Of a stretch of 64,000 nucleotides of DNA, positions 23,042 to 35,493 are shown one piece after another. The position numbers and the translations under genes are program-made. The notes under the pieces were generated by a model, which was not told where the DNA came from, ran no database searches, and was given only the letters and a program-made list of their open reading frames with translations. The stretch comes from Blasia pusilla (taxonomy: Eukaryota): the NCBI GenBank assembly GCA_050084515.1, contig CM114271.1, forward strand, positions 18,724,001 to 18,788,000. Reading direction: 5' to 3'. Position 1 is the stretch's first letter, and each line of letters begins with the position of its first letter.

Positions 23042-25589
23042 AATTGTTTGTACCAGTGGAAATTCTTACCCTTTGGGTTGAAGAATGCACCTGGCGAGTT
23101 TCAGAGAGTGATGGACAAGATCCTAGTAGGGTTGGATTTTGTTCGGTGTTACATTGATGATATGTTGGTGTTCAGTAACACGGTGGAGGAGCATCAGATA
23201 CATTTGCAGATGGTGTTTGAGCGGTTGAAAGCTCATGGTCTACGTTTGCATCCAAGAAAGTGTAAGTTCTTCCATGAGGATGTTGAGTACTTGGGTCATG
23301 TGATCTATCCAAGTGGTTTGGGAGTTCAGCAAGCAAAGGTGGAGGCTATTGCACTTATTTCGCGTCCAGTAGATGTGAGTAGAGTTCGGGCATTCATGGG
23401 ATTGGCGAACTACTATCGGAGGTATGTGAAGGGATTTAGTGCTATCGCAAAGCCTTTGAACCAATTGCTGAAATCAGATCAAGAGTGGCACTGGGGAGAT
23501 GATCAGGAGAGAGCTTTTGTGGAGCTTAAGGCCCAATTGGTGGCGGCGCCTATCTTGAGGAGACCTATCAGAGGGCGCCCATTTCAGTTACACACTAATT
23601 GGAGTAGGTTGGGACTTGGAGCGGTGTTGACACAACATGATGATGAGCACATGGAGTTTTTGGTGGCCTATGCAAGTCGTTCGAATAATGCAGCGGAGTC
23701 GCGCTATAGTTCATATGAGGGAGAGTGCTTGGCAGTAGTGTGGGTTGTGGCACACTTTAGGTGTTACTTGTTTGGCACACAGTTTACCCTTGTTACTGAT
23801 CACCAGCCGCTCAAGTGGTTGATGGAGTCTGACAAGCTTACAGGGAAGCTTGCACGGTGGGCTCTTATCTTACAGGAGTATAACTTCCAGGTGGTACATA
23901 GACTTGGAGTTGCCAACCTTGATGCTAATGGGTTGAGTAGGAACCCATGTACTAGCCAAGAGGATGCAACTGGGGCTACATGGCATGGCGAGGTTGATGA
24001 GGAGATGGTGCCAGGTTGGCATGCATCCATCTTTTTATGTTGGTTAGGGGTGGACTCTAGTATGAAGGACCACATGACATCTTACTCTAGTCAGAGGGTA
24101 GATGGCCAGCCTTCAGATCCTAAGGTTGGAGATGGTGGTATGGATCAGCGTGATATTCATGATGATGCGTTGGTGTTGGAGTTCCTACGGACCAGTAGGG
24201 TGTCAGGTATAGTGATTGCCAAGGAGCGAGACCGTGTTCTTCAACGTGCTAAGAGGTATCGATTGGAGGGAACACATATTCTCTGTGTGTGGGAGGATGG
24301 TAGAGTACAAGTAGTGCCGCATTTGGCTTAGAGAGAGCGCATTGTGCGACATGCCCATGAGGAGTTGGGACATTTTGGGGTAAAGCGTACGTATAGCTTA
24401 CTCCTTGGTCAGTATTGGTGGCGTGGCATGCATACTCAGGTGCAGCAGTTGGTGTCACGTTGTATGGTTTGTGACCGGGTGAGAGCATCATTCAATGCCC
24501 CTACACCACAGTTACACCCCTTGCCTATTATGAGGTTGGATTACCGTTGGAGTGTGGACTTTGCGGGACCGTTACCGTTGACTGTACGACATCATCGATA
24601 TGTGTTGGTGATGGTGGAGCACTTCTCCAAGTGGATTGAGTTGGTGGCATTACGACAAGGCAAGTGAGGAACGGCGTCGCGTTTCTTGATAGAGTGCTTA
24701 GTCATTTTGGTGCACCGGTTGAAGTCTTGACCGACTAGGTCTGAGTTTGAGGTGAGTTTGGTCTTGTATGACAAGGCGTTGATTGATCATCGGACCACGT
24801 CTCGAGATTATCCAGAGGCGGATGGTTTGGCTAAGCGTGTGGTTCAGACGGTGAAGAGGGCATTGCGCAAGTATGGCCTACAGAAGGGGCATCTTGGAGA
24901 CTGGGATATTCAGTTTCCATGGTTAGCCATGGGGTATAGGTTCAGTCGCCAAGCATCCTTGGCTTCCTTCTCACCTTATTTTCTGTTACGGCCGAGATCC
25001 AGACTTGCCAGCAGCAATTCGTTGGGAGTCTAGTGAGGTGGTGAACCTTGATGACCCAAGGATGTGGATAAGGATGTGTTCTCAACGGGCGGAGCTCTTT
25101 TGGAGAGTTATGCCAACAGCCTTTGAGAATCTTGCCATTGCTCAACATAGAGATACGTTGCAGTATGCAACCATTCGGGGTGGAGGTTATTGACCATCGA
25201 TTTGTAGGTTCCATGTGGACTATGTCTATTTGCAGCATATTGCACCGACAACGTTGGATGTGATGGCAGGCCGCACTATTTTACAAGTGCGCGAGGTGTT
25301 AGCTTATGGAGTTCTCATGTTGGAGGGTCGTGATGGAGTTTTTTGGAAGGACCATGTGCGTAATTGTGCGCCATGTCATCTTCCAAATGTGGATGGTACT
25401 GTTGACCCAAGCTTAGCCATGATACGTGCTAGCTTGAGGTGCATGTTGTGTGGGTCTACTGATAACGCAGCCCGTATGTTGGTGTGTGATCGGTGTTCTA
25501 GGGGTTGGCACATGATGTGTTTGACTCCACGTATGGATGTTGTTTCTACTGGAAGGTGGGTTTGTCCTCGATATATTTCGGAGAGGTAG
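23042..25589 (+). pseudogene. Family A RT (C-terminal part)-RNase H-integrase-PHD finger
   Basis: PFGLKNAP, CYIDDML, RNase H LVTDHQPL, HHCC HAHEELGH...CMVC, rve WSVDFAGPLP and PEADGLAKR, PHD CMLC...CDRC...WHMMCL...WVCP. Confidence 0.9.
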
Positions 25590-25752
25590 ATGACTTGATC
25601 TTTGCATGATATGGATTACAGATGTGCGACTAACGATGGGGCAACCTAGCACCCGGCCTCTTGATTCGTGCACCCACGAAGGTATATAGCATGTAGTAGA
25701 TGTATAGGGCTACCTGGGAGTTAGAGGGACCTAACCACCAGTTAGGGGGGCG

Positions 25753-25823
25753 AGTTGTGGTACACTTATGTTTGTGGATGCTCTCATCTTTGTTATGTAT
25801 GTATGTGAGTATAGTATGTCAGC
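25753..25823 (+). repeat. First part of terminal segment B of family A copy 2 (resumes at 31918-31953 after the family B insertion)
   Basis: 25753-25823 plus 31918-31953 reconstitute a 107-bp unit that is repeated at 32321-32427. Confidence 0.8.
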
Positions 25824-26025
25824 TGTCACGACCCTCATAACCAAACAACACCAAATACGCACAAGCGAAACATTAGAACTCAAAGGAACTCACGCCGCGA
25901 GGTTTGCGCTTTGGAGAGGCGTTTGGAAGAGTCTCTTGGAAAAGTCTAAGAGACGAAACGCGGAACATAAATGTGCATTTCATGCGTTAGTGGTCGCGAC
26001 CAGGAAACCTAGACCAAACGCGAGC

Positions 26026-29000
26026 GAGTTTCTAACGGAACTCGAACTCTATTTTGAAGCGCAAAAGGCAGATGAACAAGACAAGGTGAGTGTAGCGGTC
26101 ACGTTTTCAAAGGATCACGCTCTCCATTGGTGGACGGCTCACCGCAAAGAACATCTAGGTCGTGGGAAAACGTTGAGTTGGGAAGATTTCAAGGAGTTGA
26201 TTGGGAACCGATTCACTCCGGAATATCAGGAGTACCGCGATGGCATGGAGGTGGTGAGGTTGCGCCAGAGTGGATCACTTGGCGCTTATGTGCGAGAGTT
26301 TAGTGCGCTCATGAATGCACTTTCCACGGATGAACATACTAGAAAGGTGATCTTCCTAAGTGGGCTCAAACCGAGTGCCGAGAAGGCTCTCTTTCGTATG
26401 CCTCACATCCCAGAGACGTGCGCGGATCTCTTGAGACTAGCCGAGCGGATTGAGGACGATGAAGTCCAACACCCGAAACCCTTTGAGACAAAAAGTTTTT
26501 CTAAGTTACAGAAGAACAAAGGGACATCCAAGAGGGTTTGGAATGGGGGTGAGCGTGACCACGGAGGGTCTCTTGCCCCACCGGCGAAACGAGTGGAACT
26601 CAACGCAAAGCCAAAGGGGCCGCCGTTTACAAAGTCAACGAATGCCAAAGTGATTTGCTACAATTGTGGCGAACCCGGGCATATGGCTAAGGAATGTGTT
26701 AGGCCCAAGGTTAGTAAACCGAGTATGATTGCGTTTGCCGCTAAGCATTTATCGGAGGGAGATCTAGATACATCTCTACAAGTCACCAAGAGAACGCCCA
26801 ATTTAGTTTACCTAGGATCCAAGATCGCTAATCGCGATGTGATGTTGCTCGTTGATACAGGTGCTTCGCACTCATTCTTGAGTCCGAGAATCGTAAAAAC
26901 GTTGGGATTTCCAACCACCAAGGCGGATGAACCCATTAGGGTAGGATTCGCGGGAGGCAAGTCCCACCAGACATCAGATCTGGTTTTAGGGCTAGTTGTG
27001 AGTTGCGGAGTATTTGAGTTGAAGGAGAATTTTACAGTTTGCGAGATGGACGGTATCGACAGAGTCTTGGGGAACACGTTCTTGGATGCGTATGAGGTGG
27101 AACTGAGGCGGAGACCTTTGAGGTTGAGCGCATTGGTTAACGGCAAATGGACGGACGTAAGATTGGTTCGTGAGGTGCCTAGAAAGACGGAGTTGGTGAA
27201 CGCCATCACGAGGACGAGTTTGGTCGAGTTAGAGGAAGGATTCCTTTGCTTGATGAGACGAGTAGAGGATGATGCAAGCGCGAGATGCAGAGATCAGAAC
27301 TCAGCTTCAAGGGGAATCCCTGAAACACTCAAGAGAGTTGTGAAAGAATTTGAAGATGTGTTGACTAAGGAGCTTCCGATTGAGTTGCCACCACATAGGG
27401 CGGTTGATCATAAGATTGAGGTGATACCAAGATCTCAACCACCTTCAAAGGCACCATATAGGTTGAATCAAGAGGAACTTGCTGAGTTGAAGAAACAGTT
27501 GGGTGAACTCCTAGAGAGGGGTTACATCCGAACAAGCAAGTCACCTTATGGGGCGCCCGTCCTCTTTGTCAAGAAGAAGGATGGGAAGTTGAGACTCAGT
27601 GTTGATTATCGGGCGCTGAATAAAGTGACGGTAAGGAATAACTATCCTCTACCGAGGATGGATGACCTCTTTGATCGATTGTCGGGTGCCAAGTATTTCA
27701 GCCGGATTGACCTGAAATCACGATATTATCAATTCGGATTGCCGAAGCGGATGTAGAGAAGACTGCCTGTAGGGTGAGATACGGTTTGTTTGAGTTTGTA
27801 GTAATGCCTTTCGGTCTTTGTAATGCGCCTCCGACGTTCACCACTTTGATGAACTCCATCTTTCATAAGGAGACGGATGAGTTTGTGATCATCTATATAG
27901 ATGACATACTCATCTATTTGAAAACCCTAGAGGAGCATGCTCGATATTTGAAGACGGTGTTTGAGAAACTTAGGGCGAACAAGCTATATGCAAATGCAGA
28001 TAAGAGTGAGTTCGGTTTGACGAAGATCAAGTTCTTGGGGCATGTGGTTAGTGCGGATGGAGTGAGTCCAGACATGGAAAAGGTGAGCGCGATTGCCAAA
28101 TGGGAACGGCCTTCCACGGTGAAGGGGATGAGAAGGTTCATCGGAGCTGTCCAGTTTTACCGGACATACGTGAAGAACTTTTCGGGCATAGTGAAACCTC
28201 TCACCGATTGGACCGCAAAGTTTGCCAATACTTCATGGACCGAGGAAGTGGATAAAGCATTCAATCGAGTCAAAGAGATCCTCTCGCAGGAACTAGTTCT
28301 GAAACTGCCGGAGTTTGAACAACCGTTCGAGGTGCACACGGATGCTAGTGATTTCGCTATTGCAGGAATGTTGGTGCAAAAAGGGAGACCTGTAGCATAC
28401 GAAAGCAAGAAGCTTAGCAACACCGAAAGGAGATGGCCTACTCATGAGAAAGAGTTTTTTGCGGTGGTTCATTGCTTGAGGAAGTGGCGTCACTATTTGG
28501 GACTTCACAAGACTCGAGTATTCACCGATAACATATCGCTCAAGTATTTTGAGACCCAGGATCGCGTGACGCCAAAACAACTTCGGTGGCATGATACCTT
28601 GGCGTTGATGAATGTGGAGCTAATCCACAAGCCGGGGAAAGACAATGTCATTCCAGATACGTTAAGTCGCAGGGATGAACACATGCCATGGACGACACAA
28701 GTGTTGAGAGCAATGTTCCCTAATGAAACAGACCTGGAAAGAAGGATTCGTGAAGGATACATGAAGGATGAGCAAGCGAGGGAGTACCTTGGGAAGTTAA
28801 AGCGAGGCGAGAAGTTGGCCAATCTGAGTTTGAGACACGGCTTGCTAAGGTTTAAGCAGAGCAGGATCTATGTAGGCCAAGGCAAGCTATGGACCAAGGT
28901 GTTTGTAGAATGTCATGATGGACCTTTGGCGGGACACAAAGGGGAGAAATCCACTCTTGCTGTTTTGTCTAAGAGGTTCTTCTGGCCCAACATGAAGGAA

Positions 29001-30190
29001 GATGTTGCTCAATATGTGAAAACATGCGTGACCTGCCAGGCGAACCGCGTGTCTTATGCAAAGAAACAAGGCTTACTTCATCCTTTGCCAATCCCGGAGG
29101 GACCCTTGCAAAGCATTAGCATGGATTTCATTACGAGTCTTCCAATCTGAGGGATATAACGCTATACTTGTGATAGTTGATTGGTTTAGCAAGTTGGGGA
29201 GGTTTGTGCCAACAAGAGAGTTTGCGACGGCCTACACGACTTCCCGACTATTCCTGGATGGTTGGTGGCGTGCGCACGGATTGCCTAGGAGCATTGTGTC
29301 CGATCGGGATCCGAAGTTTACCAGTGCCTTTTGGAAACATCTATTCAGGAGGTTCCGGACCAAACTCAGCTTTAGTACGGCCTTCCATCCTCAAACAGAT
29401 GGGCAAACGGAAAAAGTAAACTCGGTTGTAAACCAATACTTACAGAATTACGTGAATGCGTACCAAAGAGATTGGGCCAAGTGGTTAAGTATGGCTGAGT
29501 ATTGTTACAACTCGACTAAGCATTCTGCAACCGGAGAATCTCCATTTCTTCTGGCGTATCAAAGAGAACCAGAAGGGCCTCTTGACTTAGCTCTTTCGAA
29601 GGGCAATACATCGACACACACTCGTCAAGCAACGGCGGAATGTTTGTTAGTGGAAATGCAGGAACAACAAGAGCGAGCGAGAGAAAGTCTCGCCAAGGCT
29701 CAACTAAGGTACGTAAAGCATGCTAACAAAAGTCGGCGCCAAGTGAGTTTCCAAGTTGGGGAACAAGTGTGGTTGAGTGTTAAGAATCTCACTCTTCGAA
29801 GGAATTTTCATGCGAAATTGTCACCAAGTATCTTTGGACCGTATGTGATCAAGGCAAAGCCGTTTGAGGATGTATAAACATTGAGCCGCAAACGAGTTCA
29901 AGATTCACCCGACTTTCCATGTGTCATTATTGAAGAAGTATCTTCAAGACAATGTGCGTCCGGAGCGAAGGAGGATGTTGAGACCACAACTGGTCATCAG
30001 AAATGAGGAACCAGAGTTCGAGGTTGAGACCATTCTGCGTTCCAGACGTAGGGCCACCAAGTACGAGTACTTGGTCAAGTGGAAAGGCTATCATGTGAAA
30101 GAGGCGACTTGAATTGCGGAGGCGGATCTAGAACATGCGCAAGAAGCATTGCGTGACTTCAGATGGATGCAAGAAAGGCACGTGCGTTAG
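26026..30190 (+). pseudogene. Family B gag-pol (copy 2), frameshifted
   Basis: ORFs 25768-27756, 27774-29150, 29056-29877 and 29921-30112 carry all gypsy domains plus a chromodomain. Confidence 0.88.
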
Positions 30191-30882
30191 TACATGGTGA
30201 AGCAATGGACATAACTTGTGACCGGAAAGCTTGGGCGGATAACCTGTTGTAACTAGAAAGGTTTAGTTATTGCAATAAAGAAGACATGGATTTGGAGATT
30301 CAATGCTGTATTGTAATTTTGAGTTTGGTTGTGCAAGGCAATGAGTAGTTCTTCATATGCTTAGGATGTAAGTCAAGGAGACCAAACAATGAGTATTTGA
30401 GGTGAGAGCTTGTATTCAGATAAGGCATCTAGATCAGGACCAAATGTTGAAGTACTAGCATTTGGGCTTGCCCTAACCTCGGCGGGGCAGATGAGTCTGT
30501 CTTGGGGTTTTTTGTGATCTCATTCATGTTTCATAACTGAACTTAGTGACGTGCCTAGGTGGAGTATAGGTGACCCAAAAGTAGTACGAGTTGGCTAGGT
30601 AGACAGGCGGTTGTTTACAAATAGTGAGTGAAGTGTTAGGTTGTAGACTTAGTGAGCTTATTTTGATAGTTAGATTAGTTCAGCAGAACTACTCTAGGCT
30701 CATCGGAAAGAAGAAGCTAATAAGTCTAAGTACTGCAAGCGAAAACCTAAGACTTAAGCCAAAAAGAGGAATTGCGGGTTAGCTACCAGAACGCGATTCT
30801 GTGTTAAGGGGTCGGCTTCCCAGAACTTAACATCAATAAGGTTTGCGTTGATGAGGACATCAACCTTCTAAGGAGGGGTGAG

Positions 30883-31914
30883 TGTCGTGACCCTCATAAC
30901 CAAACAACACCAAATACGCGCCAAGCGAAACATCAGAACTCAAAGGAACTCACGCCGCGAGGTTTGCGCTTTGGAGAGGCGTTTGGAAGAGTCTCTTGGA
31001 AAAGTCTAAGAGACGAAACGCGGAACAGAGTTGTGCATTTCATGTGTTAGTGGTCGCGACCAGGAAACCTAGACCAAACGTGAGCCGAGACTTGAGAGAT
31101 GAGTTGAGTCTTGGGAGGTTGGTTGCCAAAGAGGTGAGAACCAGTTTGGAACACGACTAGCGTTTGGGAGAATCTGATTGTGTTTAGGACCATAACGTTG
31201 AGCTCCAAGATGCGTTTGGGAAAAATAAGGGCGGGTTGGAAAGTTGATCTCAAGACGCTTCCAACGCACCAAAGATCTCAGCAAACGCATAAGTACAGGC
31301 TGAGATATTGGGCGAAAAAGATTGAGAGAGCAATCGGGTTGAGGGCCAATTGGAGAGGCCCGGGTGTCTTTCCCTAAATGTAGGAGGCCCCGGAGATCCC
31401 CAGAAGTACTAGTAAGGGGAGTACCTTCTTTGAGATGTCTCGGGAAACGAAACCCCACTTTGGGCGCCAAACGGCGTTTAGAGGCACGGGATGGAACGGG
31501 AGTTTGGCGCGGAAACTCGAAACCCAAACTTGATCCAAGGGAGTGGACTTTGTACGCCACACATGGATTCCAACCCGAGATTCACTTTGTGGGAGTCTTG
31601 GTGAGGAACTCATTGGATGTTCATCGGAAAGTTGGAACCGCTAGGCGCGAAACGCCGTTTCAGGTTCCTGAACCGACCAGAAAGTCTGTCCCAAGTCTTT
31701 CGAGACTTGCCCGTGTTGGAAACCGCGAAACTAGGAAGGTTGAGCTTGAAGAGAGTCCGAGACGAGAACTCAGAAAGTAATCCCGCTGATTGATCCAAGA
31801 CCCGACTAACCGAAGTGCGTGTTTGGATGCAGATCAACGTTGAGAGCGTGACCTACTGAACGCACGTTTCCGCAACAAACAAGATTAACGTTCAAGGAGA
31901 GTAGGCGCACGACA
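30883..31914 (+). repeat. 3' LTR of family B copy 2
   Basis: TGTCGTGACC...GGCGCACGACA; reverse complement of the copy 1 LTRs. Confidence 0.92.
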
Positions 31915-31917
31915 CAC

Positions 31918-32427
31918 AATGTATGTTGTATGACGATGTGGATTCGCACGACAGCTGTCATGACCATACGGATTATGTCGTAGAGTATAGTGTGCTAGTA
32001 GAGGCCATACCTTATGTAGGACCGTAGTGGATAGGTAGAGATGCGGTTTCATACATAGGGTTGGGGGTTACTCAATTGGGGCTGACTTTCCCAGTAGGGC
32101 CTGCTCTTAGGTTGGAGGATATAGTGGAGTGCACCCAAAGAACAGTCAGTTCTTTGAGTTGAGCCTGTTGCGTTGGGAGTTAGCCTTGGTAGTGAGTAGA
32201 GCTCTTGGCTATGGTGTTTCGCGTAAGCTTCGACCTAGATTCTCCTATCGTGGAGTGGGTTTGGCTCGATTGTATGTGATTCTCTACGTGTTTTATGACA
32301 GTAGGTCTTTCACGGATTTCAGTTGTTGTACACTTATGTTTGTGGATGCTCTCTTCTATGTTATGTTTGTATGTGAGTATGGTATGTCAGCGATGTATGT
32401 TGTATGACGATGTGGATTCGCACGACA
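31918..32427 (+). repeat. Family A 3' terminal repeats: end of B, GC, A (31956-32320), B' (32321-32427)
   Basis: A matches 1598-1962 (reverse complement). B' matches 25753-25823 plus 31918-31953. Confidence 0.85.
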
Positions 32428-35400
32428 CTCTTGCTACCAAGCTTCCACTCTTGCTATTCCACCAGACATCAGATCTGGTCATAGAGACTCACTTTTGTTT
32501 GATGTTTGGCTTCATAGGGATGCCTTCTCGTTTTGCTCATGTCCCCAGATCCATTACTTTGGTTTCATACCTAGTGTTATTGATTTTTTGCAAGTTGACT
32601 ACTAGATCCGAAATCGTGTTTGCCACACTATGTGCAGCCCCAACTCTCTCGCTAGTTGCTTTGCATAAGCCTTTGTGAGAAGTTGGTTCCATAGACTAGG
32701 GTTTATGTTTTAAATTTTTTTGATTTAGGCCTCATTTAGACATAATTTGATTCGCATTCGGGTCTAGTTCATTGGGGTCACATATGGCCCAGAGACAAAA
32801 GACGATGAGTGCTTTCTTAGATAAGGAACGTCGAAACAATGGGCCATTTATTAGGCATATTCTGGTTCATTTGACGATAAAGATGAACAACCTGCATCAA
32901 GAAGTAGTGCGTCCTTATATGAAAAATTTTGCGTAGCCTAGAAGGATATATGGTACTCAATATACGACTGGATTGGTTATGATTCAATCCTTGGTATAAT
33001 TTTTTGTAAAGTCTATAGCAAGGGAAAGGGGAAGAGTTCTTTTGCCAAAGATGGAGCAATTAATTGCAAAGTCTCTGCATTCACTAACCACGCCAAGTCT
33101 AATAAGCATATCAAGCTCTCATGGGTTACGAATGGAGGTAAGAAGTCGATGGCCAAGTCCATTCCAATTACAAACAAAACTTATCAAGTAGCCATTCTAA
33201 CATTGTTTAAGTGCGGATACTTCCTCACAAAGGGGGCTATGCCATTTCTGAAATTTCCCAATCTGTGTAAGTTGTTGCTTTTTATAAACGTATCTATTAC
33301 GAGAGACCTTTATCTCGATGAAAAGAGTTGTAGTGAAATATCTTACTTCATTTGCCAAATTTTGTTGAGAAGAAATCTTGCAAGAGTTCATGCCTCTCCC
33401 TTCTTCGGAATTATGATTGATGAGTCCACACACATGTCTGTTACAAGTCATTTAGTTGTGTTCGCCACTTTCATTGAAGAGGGTTAGGCAGAATGTCTCT
33501 TTTAGGATTACTTCATTGTAAATCAAAATGTTCTAATGTTTTTACTGAAACTTTGTTGCAACTCATCAAGGATGGAGGGTTGGATTTTTCTAAGATGGTA
33601 GCATTTGACTCACATGGTGCCTCAAAACTTGCCAAATAGGGATAGCCTCACAACTGAGGCAAAAGGTAAATCCCTATATTCTATCTATTCATTGTGTTGC
33701 TCATAAGACAAATCTCGCAACTTTGTCTTTATTGCAAAAGCTACTGATTGCAAGGCAATCTTGAGTGAAATAGATTCAATTCTGAATGCTATAGGAGGTC
33801 CTCCAAGAGGAAAAACCTTCTAGCATCGTTGTTGGAAAAGTTCAATGACTCCCAAAGTGTCATGGAGAGATACCATAAAATACGATCGTTATCTTGTTCG
33901 CAAGTTGTTTCCACATTTTGTGATTCTCTAGAATCTGTGTTGAGTTATTTTAGGGACATTTCCCCTTCGTAGGAGGATGGGAATACTACTAATTTATTTC
34001 ACATGTTAAGATCATTCCAAATGATCTATCAGTTATATTTTCTAGCTAGCTGATATTCTTTCCATGCTTGTGAATTTGAGAAAGATTTTCAAGTACAAGT
34101 TTGAGGATGTTAGCATTATCTTGAAATGAAAAAATGCTCTCGAGATACCTTCTATTACTATAAATTTTGTGATGGACACCTTTGACTTGAATGCATTGAC
34201 ATTTAATTTTATGAAGATATAGGTTACCACATTTTACCTAATTTTGTGCCTCTAGGTGGCTATCTTTCACGTTTACTATTTGAGATAAGGGATTAAAAGT
34301 TCCATAGTATAGAGATGTCCCAAGATTTCACATGAAGGGATTTAGAGGCTGCCTTACTCTTTAAGAAATGGTTGCTGAAAGTGTTTGTTCAACTACAGAG
34401 GATGGATTTTGAGATAACTACCTCATTGGTGCAATGAAAATTATGAACCCCTTGCACATGGTGACCCGACAAGTGGGATTGAATAGTTGGGTCTGTAAAG
34501 ACTTAGATGATCTGTGAGGATATTTTAGAGCATAATTTATGATTCAGGGTCAGTTGCAACCTGCTTTAATTAATTCTCCTATTGTTAAGCAATAGTTTCA
34601 ATCTTTCAAATTTATGGCTATCACGCAGGGGGAGGATAGCAATTTTAGAGACCTATGGGCTATGGTAAGCTAGAGTCCCTCTCTGCAATGTAAGTTTTCA
34701 AACTTGATAATTTTAGAAAATTTTATTAGAGTCCAATGTGTAAGTATTACCATATATGAGAGAGCATTCTCCATTTAGAATATGATCAAGAGAAAATCTC
34801 ATAGTAGATTTTTTACAAAATAAGTAGGTGTTGTTTTGAGGATTGCCTTAGAAGGACTTCCTTTGAGTATGAGGATATGTTGTCTGAGTTTGTGTTTCAT
34901 TTAAGACATATATTTGCTAATCTCGATAGATTTTTGTCTCCACAAATAGAAGGAGGTAACACTGAAATATTTAGAAATTAGGATACTTGTATATTTTGAT
35001 TTGTTGGTGTAATAGGGCCCATTTAGATTACTTGGAGCTTTGGGGCCCCCAGTATTTTAGAGGGGGGAGGATCCTCAACTCCCAAGTGGTTGGAGAATTA
35101 TTAGGTTCAACTCGTGCCAAGGATATCAAAGCCTCAGGAATGGAAATGTATAGAACGTCATATGATATTAAACTTAATTGACTATAGGTTTTAGAAGTTG
35201 TTCGAGCAAAGTGAACTTTTTTACACATTGGAGACAAGTTTCAATTGAAGAGTGAGTGAATGGGAGACTAGTTTCTGTTAAAAAGTTAGTGCATGGGAAA
35301 GAGAGCACGAAATAATCCTATGAATTTTTAAAGGGATGGATTTTGGCCAAACTCTCAAGAAAACTCAAAAACTCCATGCTAAGAAAAAAAAGAAGAAATC

Positions 35401-35493
35401 TAACGGGGAATTTTAATTTTCATCGATGACCGTTAAAAAATACCAGAAAATATCCCACAAATATTAATATGGTCAGCCATGGCCGGTACCCCT
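32428..35493 (+). mobile_element. hAT DNA transposon C3, highly degenerate; ends uncertain
   Basis: Transposase remnant from ATG 32784 to ~34980 is homologous to C1/C2 (MIDESTH, HCVAHKTNL, ERAFS). The same downstream hairpin and tRNA-like module (35071-35124) are present. Confidence 0.75.

Larger units (their letters stand above)
25824..31914 (+). mobile_element. Family B chromovirus copy 2; most of the 5' LTR, the PBS and the gag N-terminus are deleted
   Basis: A 5' LTR stub at 25824-~26025 is fused to gag. Encodes gag-CCHC-PR (LLVDTGAS)-RT (IYIDDIL)-RH-IN-chromodomain. PPT at 30871-30882; 3' LTR at 30883-31914. TSD is not clean. Confidence 0.9.
10996..32427 (+). mobile_element. Family A Ty3/gypsy retrotransposon copy 2 (gag-PR-DNMT-RT-RH-IN-PHD); 5' repeat deleted; interrupted by two family B insertions
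   Basis: Collinear domain remnants, with RT rejoining across the 15925-23041 insertion (..GKD|CLYQWKFLPFG). PPT TTAGGGGGG at 25742-25750. B-A-B' terminus ends GCACGACA at 32427. Confidence 0.88.

Noticed and set aside
31956-32300. Segment TGTCATGA...TTATGACA (345 bp) as a conventional stand-alone LTR
   Set aside because: The PPT precedes segment B rather than this segment, identity with copy 1 extends 20 nt past the TGACA, and B' follows. It remains an alternative to test but fits worse.
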